A stretch of 64,000 nt of DNA from an uncultured Pseudomonadota bacterium (GCA_963818985.1 CAWFUJ010000008.1:82375-146374), one strand, 5' to 3'; positions 42,672-52,521 are shown, counted from the stretch's first letter. Made by a program: numbers and translations. Notes: generated by a model from the sequence alone, not told the origin.

Positions 42672-44279
42672 ATGGCTAAAATCGCAACCCACATTGATCC
42701 AACCGATGAATTTTTTATAGCGAACCAAGCAGCTCAGCTTGAACAAATAGAAATATTAGACGAGAAGCTGAAGATAATACGGCAAGGCGGTCCTGAATCT
42801 GCACGTCATCGTCACCAACAGCAGGGCAAATTATTTGTCAGAGAGCGAATTGACCAATTACTCGATCTAAACACACCATTTTTAGAGTTGTCGGCTTTGG
42901 CGGCTTTGCAAATGTATGATGATGAAGTTCCAGCAGGTGGTTTAATTACTGGAATCGGCCAAATCAATGGTCAGCAATGCATGATAGTGGGTAATGATGC
43001 AACAGTTAAAGGTGGAACTTATTACCCAATTACCGTTAAGAAACATTTACGTGCGCAAGAAATTGCAGCTGAAAATCATCTGCCCTGCTTGTATTTAGTA
43101 GATTCTGGAGGCGCATATTTACCGAAGCAAGACGAGGTCTTTCCAGACCGTGATCATTTTGGGCGAATTTTCTATAATCAAGCGCATTTGTCTGCAAAAA
43201 ATATTGCGCAAATTGCGGTGGTGATGGGCTCATGCACGGCAGGAGGCGCTTATGTTCCCGCCATGGCAGATCAATCAATTATGGTTAAGAATCAAGCGAC
43301 AATTTTCCTCGGGGGCCCTCCCCTAGTCAAGGCGGCTACGGGTGAAGAAGTCAGTGCAGAAGAATTAGGTGGCGCCGAGGTTCATTGCCGAATTTCTGGT
43401 GTTGCAGACTATTATGCGAACGATGATCGAGAAGCTTTAAGCATTGCTCGGCAAATTGTTGCCAATTTAAATCTACGTAAATCGATTAATCTATTGACTC
43501 GACAACCATGTGAGCCCATTCATGATAGCAAAGAATTACTAGGCATTATCAATACCGATCCAAGAAAACCCTATGATGTTCGTGAAGTAATTGCTCGCTT
43601 AGTCGACGGCTCAGAATTTGACGAATTTAAAGCCTTATATGGCGCCACATTGGTTTGTGGGTTTGCACACTGGTATGGTTATCCAGTAGGGATAATCGCC
43701 AACAATGGTATTTTATTTTCAGAATCTGCATTAAAAGGCACACATTTTATTGAACTCTGTTGTCAACGGAAAATCCCCATCGTTTTTTTACAAAATATTA
43801 CCGGTTTTATGGTTGGAAAAAAATATGAAAATGAAGGAATCGCTAAACACGGTGCTAAAATGGTGACTGCAGTTGCTTGCGCTAATGTGCCTAAATTTAC
43901 GGTGATCATAGGCGGTAGCTATGGTGCAGGTAATTATGCAATGTGCGGTCGCGCATACCAGCCCCGTTTTTTATGGATGTGGCCAAACTCTAAAATTAGT
44001 GTGATGGGTGGTGAACAAGCCTCACGAGTGTTAGTGCAGGTTAAAGAGGATCAATTAAAGCGTCAAGCCAAGTCTTTGGACCCCTCAGAACGTCAGCAAT
44101 ATATGGATTCAATTCGCGATCAATATGACCAACAGGGCAATGTCTATTACGCCACTGCCCGCTTATGGGACGACGGCATCATCAGCCCCCTCGACACGCG
44201 CCGTATCATCGGTTTAAGCATATCCGCTGCATTAAATGCCCCTATTTTATCAACTCATTTCGGCGTGTTTCGAATGTGA
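42672..44279 (+). CDS. liuB: Methylcrotonyl-CoA carboxylase, carboxyltransferase (beta) subunit
   Basis: 535 aa from the ATG at 42672 ([15 protein letters not shown]). Carboxyl-transferase motifs: [44 protein letters not shown]. Confidence 0.88.
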   Translation: MAKIATHIDPTDEFFIANQAAQLEQIEILDEKLKIIRQGGPESARHRHQQQGKLFVRERIDQLLDLNTPFLELSALAALQMYDDEVPAGGLITGIGQINGQQCMIVGNDATVKGGTYYPITVKKHLRAQEIAAENHLPCLYLVDSGGAYLPKQDEVFPDRDHFGRIFYNQAHLSAKNIAQIAVVMGSCTAGGAYVPAMADQSIMVKNQATIFLGGPPLVKAATGEEVSAEELGGAEVHCRISGVADYYANDDREALSIARQIVANLNLRKSINLLTRQPCEPIHDSKELLGIINTDPRKPYDVREVIARLVDGSEFDEFKALYGATLVCGFAHWYGYPVGIIANNGILFSESALKGTHFIELCCQRKIPIVFLQNITGFMVGKKYENEGIAKHGAKMVTAVACANVPKFTVIIGGSYGAGNYAMCGRAYQPRFLWMWPNSKISVMGGEQASRVLVQVKEDQLKRQAKSLDPSERQQYMDSIRDQYDQQGNVYYATARLWDDGIISPLDTRRIIGLSISAALNAPILSTHFGVFRM

Positions 44280-44356
44280 GGTGCTCAATTTAGCAAATGC
44301 GCTGTCTTTCGAAAGCAGGGTTGGATAAACTTTCAATATCCAAACCATTTGCTGAG

Positions 44357-44438
44357 TCAATATTTCCCACCGCCAGGCGCGAGCTTTGTCGGCGGGTGGC
44401 AGAGATTGTGCTTTTTGCGCGCGGAGCGTACTCGCGAG
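44357..44438. repeat. Left half of a ~158-bp palindromic MITE-like element that hosts IS copy 1
   Basis: Begins with TCAATATTTCCCACCGCCAGG, the perfect inverse of 45798..45818. Ends with CTCGCGAG, which is duplicated at 45735..45742. Confidence 0.7.
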
Positions 44439-45734
44439 CTGAAGTATCCCCACGAAAAGAAGTGACATTGAAATGAAAATTTATTAAAAAGGAGGAATTA
44501 ATTTTGCTATAAGGATATTCAAGATGTCGGTTAACGAACTGTTATTTTTTCATTTGGAAGAATGCTGTCCAGAGATACACGCTAAAAGACTGCAAGCGGT
44601 GATGGATGTAGCGACTGGGATACAACATAGCCGGAGGCTGTCGATTGCGGGTATTGGAAGACATTTAGACAGTGAAACTCAACTTAAGCACCGAATCAAG
44701 AAAGTGGATCGCTTGCTAGGAAATAAACATTTATACGGGGAATTAGCTGGGATATATAGTGGACTTTCGCAGTATGTTTTTAAATACATCGCCCAGGATA
44801 AAGTTTCGCCGGTGGTAATAGATCTTTGTTATTTAAAAGATAATCAGGATATTCAGATGCTGAGTGCAGAAGTGGCTACGCAAGGACGAACTATTCCCCT
44901 GTACCGAGAAGTATTTGAGAAGGGGGAGCTTAAAGATCGGGAAAAAGAATTTATATCGAAATTGTCGAGTTGTCTACCGGAAGGACGAGAGGTTTTAATC
45001 ATCATGGATGCTGGTTTTGGAGACAGTTGGTTTGCCGCCATAGAATCCCAACAATGGTATTGGTTGGTGAGAGCCAGAGGTGGCAAGTATGTTAAATTGT
45101 CAGAGGAAGGGCAATGGCAAGAAGTCAGTGAATTGTTTCCTGAGATTGGTATTCGGGCTAAATGTTATGATCAGGCCTATATTACCCAGAGTGAACCTCG
45201 ACGCTGCCGAGTAATTACTAAAAGAGGATCGGCGGTTAGTCAAAGAAAAAGGCCAGCTAAATTACCTCGAAATTATCATGGAGCCAATGGAAATTATCAG
45301 CGTTTAGCGAAAGAGCCTTGGGTATTAGCGACGAATTTACCGAAGGAATATACCACGACCCAAGTTCTCAATGCTTATAAAAAGAGAATGCAAATAGAGG
45401 AAAGTTTTAGAGATATCAAAAATACTCGTTATGGATTAGGAAGTAGACAGATTGAGACCCGGTGTGTTTATAGATGGGGAGTTTTCATGTTACTGGCTGC
45501 CATTGTACAGATTACTCTATGGATTATCGGAGTGATTGGACACAGCCAGGGATTTCAAAGAGTATTCCAGTCCAATACAGTGAAGGATAGAAAAGTATTT
45601 TCGTACTTTTATTTAGGACAATTAATCGTTGAGTTTCACAAATTGCATGAACTTATTATTGATTATAAAAATTTGACCACACAAATTGAAACGGAGTTAG
45701 CTAGAGTATGGTAAAATTTGTGGGGATACTTCAG
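44439..45734 (+). mobile_element. IS4-family insertion sequence, copy 1 (1296 bp)
   Basis: Perfect 15-bp terminal inverted repeats: CTGAAGTATCCCCAC (44439-44453) and GTGGGGATACTTCAG (45720-45734). Flanked by the direct repeat CTCGCGAG. Single transposase ORF. Confidence 0.9.
44524..45714 (+). CDS. IS4-family DDE transposase
   Basis: 396 aa. Y-(2)-R-(3)-E-(6)-K signature in YKKRMQIEESFRDIK; MDAGFG Asp region. Protein identical to the ORF at 46891..48081. Confidence 0.9.
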   Translation: MSVNELLFFHLEECCPEIHAKRLQAVMDVATGIQHSRRLSIAGIGRHLDSETQLKHRIKKVDRLLGNKHLYGELAGIYSGLSQYVFKYIAQDKVSPVVIDLCYLKDNQDIQMLSAEVATQGRTIPLYREVFEKGELKDREKEFISKLSSCLPEGREVLIIMDAGFGDSWFAAIESQQWYWLVRARGGKYVKLSEEGQWQEVSELFPEIGIRAKCYDQAYITQSEPRRCRVITKRGSAVSQRKRPAKLPRNYHGANGNYQRLAKEPWVLATNLPKEYTTTQVLNAYKKRMQIEESFRDIKNTRYGLGSRQIETRCVYRWGVFMLLAAIVQITLWIIGVIGHSQGFQRVFQSNTVKDRKVFSYFYLGQLIVEFHKLHELIIDYKNLTTQIETELARVW

Positions 45735-45742
45735 CTCGCGAG

Positions 45743-45818
45743 CACGGAAAATCAGCTGACTCTGCCAGGCCCCGCCATTGCGATTGACCCGCGAATCCCT
45801 GGCGGTGGGAAATATTGA
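45743..45818. repeat. Right half of the palindromic MITE-like element hosting IS copy 1
   Basis: Ends with CCTGGCGGTGGGAAATATTGA, the inverse of 44357..44377. The internal segment is partly complementary to the left half. Confidence 0.7.
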
Positions 45819-45838
45819 CGGTGTTTGTGCAAAGTCTG

Positions 45839-46792
45839 TTATCTACGATCATTATACGAGGACAAAATAATTTCTGTGACTAGTTTTACTATCTGTTGGG
45901 GTGGGGTTTCTATGGGGAGCCATTGGGCTTCTGGCCAGCGGCGTAGCCAGGTGAGTTGGCGTTTGGCTAGCTGACAGGTTGCGATAAAGGTGCGTTCTTT
46001 TAGAGTGGGTAGATCATATTGACCGTCTAGATATTCCCAAATTTGGCGGTAACCCACGGTACGCATTGATGGTAAATCGGCGTGAAGAACGTGGCATTGG
46101 CGTAAACATTCCACTTCCTGAATAAATCCTTGCGCAAATAAACTTTGTAAACGTGAGTCAATTCGTTGATGTAACAATTGCCGATCTTGTGGCGCCAAGA
46201 TGATATTTATCACCGGAAAAGGCAAATGTGAGTGGGTCTGTTGTTGTTGCCAAACACTGATGGGTTGTCCTGTTAAGTGATAAATTTCTAAAGCCCGTTG
46301 AATCCGTTGGCCATCATGTTGATGAATTTTGCTGGCAGCCATTGCATCCACTTGGCAAAGTTGTTGATGTAATGCTTCCCAACCTTTTTCCTCCGCAAGA
46401 ATTGTTATTTTAGCGCGAAATAAAGCGTTGGCAGGTGGTAGAGTAGCTAAACCTCGTTGTAAAACCCAAAAATATAACATGGTGCCGCCGACCAATAATG
46501 GAATCTGTCCTTGTCGATGTATATCTTCGATTTCTCCTAAAACTTGTTGACGAAAATTTCCAGCTGAATAAGGCTCGTCCGGATCACAAATATTAATAAG
46601 CCGATGTGGAGCTATCGCCAACATACTTTGATTAGGCTTAGCAGTGCCAATATCTAAACCGCGATACACCAAAGCTGAATCAGCACTGACAATCTGTAAA
46701 GGTAAGCTTTGGACGAGTTCCACCGCTAAATCGGTTTTACCGCTTGCAGTGGGCCCCATTAAACAAATAATTGGCAACGAAGAAACGTTCAT
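45839..46792 (-). CDS. miaA: tRNA dimethylallyltransferase
   Basis: P-loop GPTASGKTDLAVEL; DSALVYRGLDIGTAKP. 317 aa. Confidence 0.93.
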   Translation of the reverse strand: MNVSSLPIICLMGPTASGKTDLAVELVQSLPLQIVSADSALVYRGLDIGTAKPNQSMLAIAPHRLINICDPDEPYSAGNFRQQVLGEIEDIHRQGQIPLLVGGTMLYFWVLQRGLATLPPANALFRAKITILAEEKGWEALHQQLCQVDAMAASKIHQHDGQRIQRALEIYHLTGQPISVWQQQQTHSHLPFPVINIILAPQDRQLLHQRIDSRLQSLFAQGFIQEVECLRQCHVLHADLPSMRTVGYRQIWEYLDGQYDLPTLKERTFIATCQLAKRQLTWLRRWPEAQWLPIETPPQQIVKLVTEIILSSYNDRR

Positions 46793-46816
46793 TATAATAA
46801 TCTCAGCAATAAAACC

Positions 46817-46870
46817 TTACGCCATGGGGGATCGCAAGGGGGAGCTGCGCGAAGCGCTCCCCCTTGCGAT
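46817..46870. repeat. 122-bp three-hairpin repeat, copy B, left part (interrupted by IS copy 2)
   Basis: TTACGCCATGGGGGATCGCAAGGGGGAGCTGCGCGAAGCGCTCCCCCTTGCGAT, followed directly by the IS terminus. Confidence 0.85.
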
Positions 46871-48166
46871 CTGAAGTATCCCCACAAATTTTACCATACT
46901 CTAGCTAACTCCGTTTCAATTTGTGTGGTCAAATTTTTATAATCAATAATAAGTTCATGCAATTTGTGAAACTCAACGATTAATTGTCCTAAATAAAAGT
47001 ACGAAAATACTTTTCTATCCTTCACTGTATTGGACTGGAATACTCTTTGAAATCCCTGGCTGTGTCCAATCACTCCGATAATCCATAGAGTAATCTGTAC
47101 AATGGCAGCCAGTAACATGAAAACTCCCCATCTATAAACACACCGGGTCTCAATCTGTCTACTTCCTAATCCATAACGAGTATTTTTGATATCTCTAAAA
47201 CTTTCCTCTATTTGCATTCTCTTTTTATAAGCATTGAGAACTTGGGTCGTGGTATATTCCTTCGGTAAATTCGTCGCTAATACCCAAGGCTCTTTCGCTA
47301 AACGCTGATAATTTCCATTGGCTCCATGATAATTTCGAGGTAATTTAGCTGGCCTTTTTCTTTGACTAACCGCCGATCCTCTTTTAGTAATTACTCGGCA
47401 GCGTCGAGGTTCACTCTGGGTAATATAGGCCTGATCATAACATTTAGCCCGAATACCAATCTCAGGAAACAATTCACTGACTTCTTGCCATTGCCCTTCC
47501 TCTGACAATTTAACATACTTGCCACCTCTGGCTCTCACCAACCAATACCATTGTTGGGATTCTATGGCGGCAAACCAACTGTCTCCAAAACCAGCATCCA
47601 TGATGATTAAAACCTCTCGTCCTTCCGGTAGACAACTCGACAATTTCGATATAAATTCTTTTTCCCGATCTTTAAGCTCCCCCTTCTCAAATACTTCTCG
47701 GTACAGGGGAATAGTTCGTCCTTGCGTAGCCACTTCTGCACTCAGCATCTGAATATCCTGATTATCTTTTAAATAACAAAGATCTATTACCACCGGCGAA
47801 ACTTTATCCTGGGCGATGTATTTAAAAACATACTGCGAAAGTCCACTATATATCCCAGCTAATTCCCCGTATAAATGTTTATTTCCTAGCAAGCGATCCA
47901 CTTTCTTGATTCGGTGCTTAAGTTGAGTTTCACTGTCTAAATGTCTTCCAATACCCGCAATCGACAGCCTCCGGCTATGTTGTATCCCAGTCGCTACATC
48001 CATCACCGCTTGCAGTCTTTTAGCGTGTATCTCTGGACAGCATTCTTCCAAATGAAAAAATAACAGTTCGTTAACCGACATCTTGAATATCCTTATAGCA
48101 AAATTAATTCCTCCTTTTTAATAAATTTTCATTTCAATGTCACTTCTTTTCGTGGGGATACTTCAG
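46871..48166 (-). mobile_element. IS4-family insertion sequence, copy 2 (1296 bp, inverted relative to copy 1)
   Basis: Same 15-bp terminal IRs (46871-46885 and 48152-48166) and an identical transposase. The flanks are the two halves of repeat copy B, with TTGCGA present on both sides one nt from the termini. Confidence 0.9.
46891..48081 (-). CDS. IS4-family DDE transposase (identical to copy 1)
   Basis: The 396-aa translation is identical to 44524..45714. Confidence 0.9.
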   Translation of the reverse strand: MSVNELLFFHLEECCPEIHAKRLQAVMDVATGIQHSRRLSIAGIGRHLDSETQLKHRIKKVDRLLGNKHLYGELAGIYSGLSQYVFKYIAQDKVSPVVIDLCYLKDNQDIQMLSAEVATQGRTIPLYREVFEKGELKDREKEFISKLSSCLPEGREVLIIMDAGFGDSWFAAIESQQWYWLVRARGGKYVKLSEEGQWQEVSELFPEIGIRAKCYDQAYITQSEPRRCRVITKRGSAVSQRKRPAKLPRNYHGANGNYQRLAKEPWVLATNLPKEYTTTQVLNAYKKRMQIEESFRDIKNTRYGLGSRQIETRCVYRWGVFMLLAAIVQITLWIIGVIGHSQGFQRVFQSNTVKDRKVFSYFYLGQLIVEFHKLHELIIDYKNLTTQIETELARVW

Positions 48167-48240
48167 ATTGCGAGCATCGGCTCTGCCGAGCGGAGCATAA
48201 AAACAGACCGCAATTCTCGCTGTACTCAGCGGGAATTGCG
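48167..48240. repeat. 122-bp three-hairpin repeat, copy B, right part
   Basis: ATTGCGAGCATCGGCTCTGCCGAGCGGAGCATAAAAACAGACCGCAATTCTCGCTGtactCAGCGGGAATTGC. Confidence 0.85.
48196..48239 (-). terminator. Terminator-like hairpin plus T-tract (part of repeat copy B)
   Basis: On the - strand, the stem GCAATTCCCGCTG/CAGCGAGAATTGC starts 4 nt after the stop codon at 48244-48246 and is followed by GGTCTGTTTTTAT. Confidence 0.5.
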
Positions 48241-48243
48241 GAC

Positions 48244-48843
48244 TCAGCGTAAATTGCGGAAAAATTTTTCTACCGCTTGCCAATTGGCAACACGGTAGAT
48301 TTGGTCATGTTGATTGACTTGCTGGTTCCAGGGATAATCACCAAATAATAACCCTGAAATCCCTTCAGCTGCGGCATCCTCTACGTATTGAGGCAAATCA
48401 TCAATTAAATATTTGGCGCCGTACATTAAGCAAGCTTGTGATTTTTTTATCGCTTGCCCACCATCTTTAGCCCAATGGTTGCAAAGTATAATTTGCTTAA
48501 ACGTATTAGGAAAATGTTCATTGATCCAAGCCTCGGTCAGAGTTTTATGTGTTAGCATACGTGACGTGACCACTAGTAATTCATAATCTTGCTGCAGATG
48601 CTTTAATACTCGTTTGGCATCTGCCAATGGTTTGCCAACGGATGGGTCTCGATTTTCAAAATAACGACAACTTTTGTCAATCGCTAATTCTAATGAACCT
48701 CCCCATACTTGATGGAAGTTGTACGTGAAAAAATCGGCAATGCTATATGCAGTGCCATAATGCATATTATGCCAAGCGACTAGGCCTTCAACGAAGGGTG
48801 ATAAGACTTCATCCACGTCAATAGCAATAACTGATTTTGCCAT
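48244..48843 (-). CDS. HAD-superfamily hydrolase, 5'(3')-deoxyribonucleotidase-like
   Basis: N-terminal D-x-D motif (IAIDVDEVLSPF). 199 aa with an NT5C-like layout. Confidence 0.65.
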   Translation of the reverse strand: MAKSVIAIDVDEVLSPFVEGLVAWHNMHYGTAYSIADFFTYNFHQVWGGSLELAIDKSCRYFENRDPSVGKPLADAKRVLKHLQQDYELLVVTSRMLTHKTLTEAWINEHFPNTFKQIILCNHWAKDGGQAIKKSQACLMYGAKYLIDDLPQYVEDAAAEGISGLLFGDYPWNQQVNQHDQIYRVANWQAVEKFFRNLR

Positions 48844-48877
48844 AAATTACCTTTATAAAGTTCGCTACTTAGTTTAC

Positions 48878-48906
48878 TTCCCCCTCTCCCGTCCGGGAGA
48901 GGGAAT
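48878..48906. repeat. REP-1 hairpin
   Basis: CCCTCTCCC gtcc GGGAGAGGG, between mutL and the HAD gene. Confidence 0.8.
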
Positions 48907-49029
48907 AGCAACTGCAGAATTATATCACAAGTTACTAACGTCTATAGCCATTGACGTAATTGTTAATAATCACGATCACCTGGAAAATAAGTTAATTTTT
49001 AATGACGACAGATATCGTAAGGGTATTGA

Positions 49030-50790
49030 TCATCGGCCGCGTAAGAAAAATCGATCCAGTTCCGACCAGAAAATTTGTTTCCAGGTAGGACGGCCATGAT
49101 TACAATGACCGCTATGTGGGGTCTGTTCCATTTGCCGCAATAAAGCATTCATTTCAGGAATGGACAATGAATGGTTAGCTTGAATTGAACCCCGACAAGC
49201 AATATTACCTAAAATTTCATTGATGGTATTATCAATTCGGCTAGAGGTCGAATGGGTAATCAAATCTGCTAAAACATCGCGAATGATTTGAGCAATGGCG
49301 GTGTTTTGCAAAACTATCGGTATTTCTCGCACCAAAATGTTTTCTGGACCGATCGCTTCAGTCATAATTCCTGCCGCACTAAATTGCGATTGGTTTTTCT
49401 CCCAGGTTTGATATTCTTGGCGATTAAGTTCCAAACTGATTGGCACCAATAAAGGTTGGGTGGCAGGATGCTGGTCTATTTGTTGTTGCTTAATTTTCTC
49501 ATAATTCAACCGCTCATGGGCTGCATGTATATCAATAATTACTAAACCTTGATCATTTTGAGCTAAAATAAATGTGTTTCGAAGCTGAGCTAAAGCGGTT
49601 CCCAGTGACAAGGTGTTAGGTTGTGCGTCAAAAATTTTATAATTTGTTTTTGGTTCCTGAATGGTGAATGTTGAATCTAAAGCCGATTGTGACAAAGGTT
49701 TGGGTATAAATTGGGATGGCTTTTTTTGGTGATATTCTGGTTGATTTTCTATAATCGATTGTTGTGCGAGTGGTGAGCCTGGACGGATCTGCTCTAAGGC
49801 TTCATGCACCGTATGGACAACAAATTGATGGACATCGCGACCATCTCGAAAGCGAACTTCGTGTTTGGTGGGATGAACGTTAACGTCTACACTGGCAGGG
49901 TCACAGGTTAAATACAAAACATAAGCCGGTTGGCGGCCATGAAATAGGACATCTTCATAAGCTTGACGAGCCGCATGAGTCAGCAATTTATCGCGCACAA
50001 AACGGCCATTTAGATACCAATACTGCATATCATTCTGGCTACGATTAAACTCAGGTAAAGCTAACCAACCATGAAGTTGAAGTGGTCCCGCTTTATATTC
50101 TATATAGAGCGCTTGCTCCATAAATGCACCGCCCAGAATTGTGGCGAGGCGTTGCTCACGTTCGATTTGGGTATCAGCTCTAGTTAAAGAAAGTATTTGT
50201 TTTTGGTTATGAGTGAGGCGAAAGGCGACATTAAAACGACTTAAAGCTAATTTTTGAATTACTGATTCAATCTGCTCAAATTCAGTTTTAGGCTGACGCA
50301 AAAATTTTCGTCGCGCCGGGGTATTATAAAATAAATCGTTGACCTCAATCGTGGTACCAAAAGGATGTGCTATTGGCTCTGGGGTTTGCTCATCTATTCC
50401 ACTATATGCACACCATGCTGTGTCTGCCTGGCGCTGGCGAGACATTAATTTTAAACGTGATACTGCGCCAATACTTGCTAAAGCTTCACCACGAAAGCCA
50501 AGGCTATTCACACATTCTAAATCGCTTAATTGGGAGATTTTACTAGTCGCATGTCGAGCTAATGCTAATAATAAATCATCTTTAAATATCCCATCGCCGT
50601 CATCACGAACACGAATTAATTGATGGCCTCCTTGTTTAATATCTATAATCAATTGCTGCGCATGAGCATCTAAACTATTTTCAATTAATTCTTTGACGAC
50701 TGCGGCGGGACGTTCTATCACCTCACCCGCAGCAATTTGATTAGCTAACAACTGATTCAAAATTTTAATACGCATTGTGTCGTAATTCAC
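49030..50790 (-). CDS. mutL: DNA mismatch repair endonuclease MutL
   Basis: GHKL ATPase N-terminus (LANQIAAGEVIERPAAVVKELIENSLDA, DDGDGI, GFRGEAL). An alternative start is the in-frame ATG (MRIKILNQ) five codons downstream. Confidence 0.93.
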   Translation of the reverse strand: MNYDTMRIKILNQLLANQIAAGEVIERPAAVVKELIENSLDAHAQQLIIDIKQGGHQLIRVRDDGDGIFKDDLLLALARHATSKISQLSDLECVNSLGFRGEALASIGAVSRLKLMSRQRQADTAWCAYSGIDEQTPEPIAHPFGTTIEVNDLFYNTPARRKFLRQPKTEFEQIESVIQKLALSRFNVAFRLTHNQKQILSLTRADTQIEREQRLATILGGAFMEQALYIEYKAGPLQLHGWLALPEFNRSQNDMQYWYLNGRFVRDKLLTHAARQAYEDVLFHGRQPAYVLYLTCDPASVDVNVHPTKHEVRFRDGRDVHQFVVHTVHEALEQIRPGSPLAQQSIIENQPEYHQKKPSQFIPKPLSQSALDSTFTIQEPKTNYKIFDAQPNTLSLGTALAQLRNTFILAQNDQGLVIIDIHAAHERLNYEKIKQQQIDQHPATQPLLVPISLELNRQEYQTWEKNQSQFSAAGIMTEAIGPENILVREIPIVLQNTAIAQIIRDVLADLITHSTSSRIDNTINEILGNIACRGSIQANHSLSIPEMNALLRQMEQTPHSGHCNHGRPTWKQIFWSELDRFFLRGR

Positions 50791-50809
50791 TCACCCTGTG
50801 GATAGAAAC

Positions 50810-52015
50810 TTACGCGTTTTCGCGGATATTACGTTTTTTTTGTGGATATTTATAACGACTGTCCTGAGAGGCCAACCATGTCCCAGGAGGTGGCCGCTGG
50901 ATAAAATATTGCTTTATTCCTAACATCATCGCCTTAGCTAGGCTCAGCTGATAGGTTTGATTACTTAATTTATCTTCTTCTCGGCTATTAGAAATAAAGC
51001 CTGTCTCGACTAACAAAGAGGGAATATCTGGGGATTTTAATACCACAAATGCGGCTTGCTCCATTCGAGGATGATGCAGATGTGCGAAGGATTGGATGTT
51101 ATCTAGTAAATTTTTACCAATCATTAGACTGGCTTGAATAGTTGCATTTTGGGATAGATTAATCAATACCGAACGTAAGAGATTCTCTTTGTCAGGTAAA
51201 CCCACCCCACCCATTAATTCAGATTGGTTTTCTTTAGCCGCTAACCAACGTGCAGCCTCGCTAGTTGCGCCCCGGTTAGATAAAGCAAAAACAGAAACCC
51301 CATGAGCCGTATGATTAGAATAAGCATCTGCATGGATAGCAATAAACATATCCGCTTTATTTTTTCTGGCAAAATCAAGGCGTTCACGCAAAGTGAGATA
51401 GTAATCCCCGTTGCGGGTTAGCAATGCTTTAAAGCCAGGTTGTTGATTGATCTGTGCTTGCAAAGTGTGGGCAATATTTAGCACCACATCTTTTTCCTTA
51501 ATTTTTTGATACCCAATTGCTCCAGGATCTTTACCGCCGTGTCCGGGATCGATCACCACCACGATGGGTCGTAAATTTTCAACTGCTGGGATAGTCACAG
51601 AACTTATTTTTAAGTCCGAGACAGTTTGGCTTTCAGTTTTTAAAACAAAAGTAGTACTGTTAAGTTGTTTGACTTGTACGACTTGTTTTAAATCCAATAC
51701 GATTCGCATTTGATGTCCAGGTTGGATAGCGCTTCGAATTTTATCAACCGGAGAAGATGCCATCATTTTTGAGTTCAACTGATTGTAAAAAGCATTGACG
51801 TCATTCATTTCAATCACTAAACGGTTAGGATTTTTCAGTAAAAAATAATGAATTTGCACAGGGGCAGTCGTATTAAAATTCAAATTCCAACTACGATTTT
51901 GTGGAGAGTAAGATAAATTATTCAAAGCAACGGATTGTGCAAATGATAACAAGGGCGAACTTAAGATGAATAACATCATAAATTGCCAGAGGAATTTAAC
52001 AGGACGGCGAATCAT
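50810..52015 (-). CDS. amiB: N-acetylmuramoyl-L-alanine amidase (AMIN domain + Amidase_3)
   Basis: Signal peptide and amidase_3 motifs (VVIDPGHGGKDPGA, FIAIHADA, LVETGFISN). The symbol is inferred from tsaE-amiB-mutL synteny. Confidence 0.85.
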   Translation of the reverse strand: MIRRPVKFLWQFMMLFILSSPLLSFAQSVALNNLSYSPQNRSWNLNFNTTAPVQIHYFLLKNPNRLVIEMNDVNAFYNQLNSKMMASSPVDKIRSAIQPGHQMRIVLDLKQVVQVKQLNSTTFVLKTESQTVSDLKISSVTIPAVENLRPIVVVIDPGHGGKDPGAIGYQKIKEKDVVLNIAHTLQAQINQQPGFKALLTRNGDYYLTLRERLDFARKNKADMFIAIHADAYSNHTAHGVSVFALSNRGATSEAARWLAAKENQSELMGGVGLPDKENLLRSVLINLSQNATIQASLMIGKNLLDNIQSFAHLHHPRMEQAAFVVLKSPDIPSLLVETGFISNSREEDKLSNQTYQLSLAKAMMLGIKQYFIQRPPPGTWLASQDSRYKYPQKKRNIRENA

Positions 52016-52077
52016 GTATTAGCTCGCTTTGTCGATGGAATGATCTGCATGTTTTTACCTCCTGAGCCAAAATTAAA

Positions 52078-52497
52078 TCATATGCTTATAATAATGCGCC
52101 CTAACCCATTGGCTGGAATTTCTATGTTGCAAGAAATTGTTGGCTTTGGCAAGATTTTTTCGGCTTTTTCTGGCCATTCAATTAAAGAAATCGCATTGGT
52201 GACAAGATAATCTTCAAATCCAATATCTAATAATTCTTGGCGATTGTTAATACGATATAGATCGAAATGAAAAACTTGCCAATTATTTTTTACTTGGTAA
52301 GTCTCAACCAGCGTATAAGTTGGACTTTTTACCGTTCCACGATAACCCAAACCTCTTAAAAAACCGCGCACTAATGTAGTTTTCCCCGCACCCAATTGTC
52401 CTCGCAAGAAAATAATATCTCCCGGAGATGAGTTTTTCGCCAATTTTTCACCCCAATCCATCATCGCCGTTTCATCAGCAATAAAATATGTTTTCAT
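52078..52497 (-). CDS. tsaE: tRNA t6A37 biosynthesis ATPase TsaE
   Basis: 139 aa. P-loop GQLGAGKTTLVRG; SPTYTLVETY; HFDLYR. Confidence 0.9.
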   Translation of the reverse strand: MKTYFIADETAMMDWGEKLAKNSSPGDIIFLRGQLGAGKTTLVRGFLRGLGYRGTVKSPTYTLVETYQVKNNWQVFHFDLYRINNRQELLDIGFEDYLVTNAISLIEWPEKAEKILPKPTISCNIEIPANGLGRIIISI

Positions 52498-52521
52498 AAA
52501 TGGACACCACTTTCCACGACT

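Noticed and set aside
44439-48166. A composite transposon made of the two IS copies and carrying miaA
   Set aside because: Each IS has its own target duplication and sits between matching halves of its own, different target repeat. There is no shared duplication at the outer ends. These are therefore two independent insertions, not one composite unit that moved.
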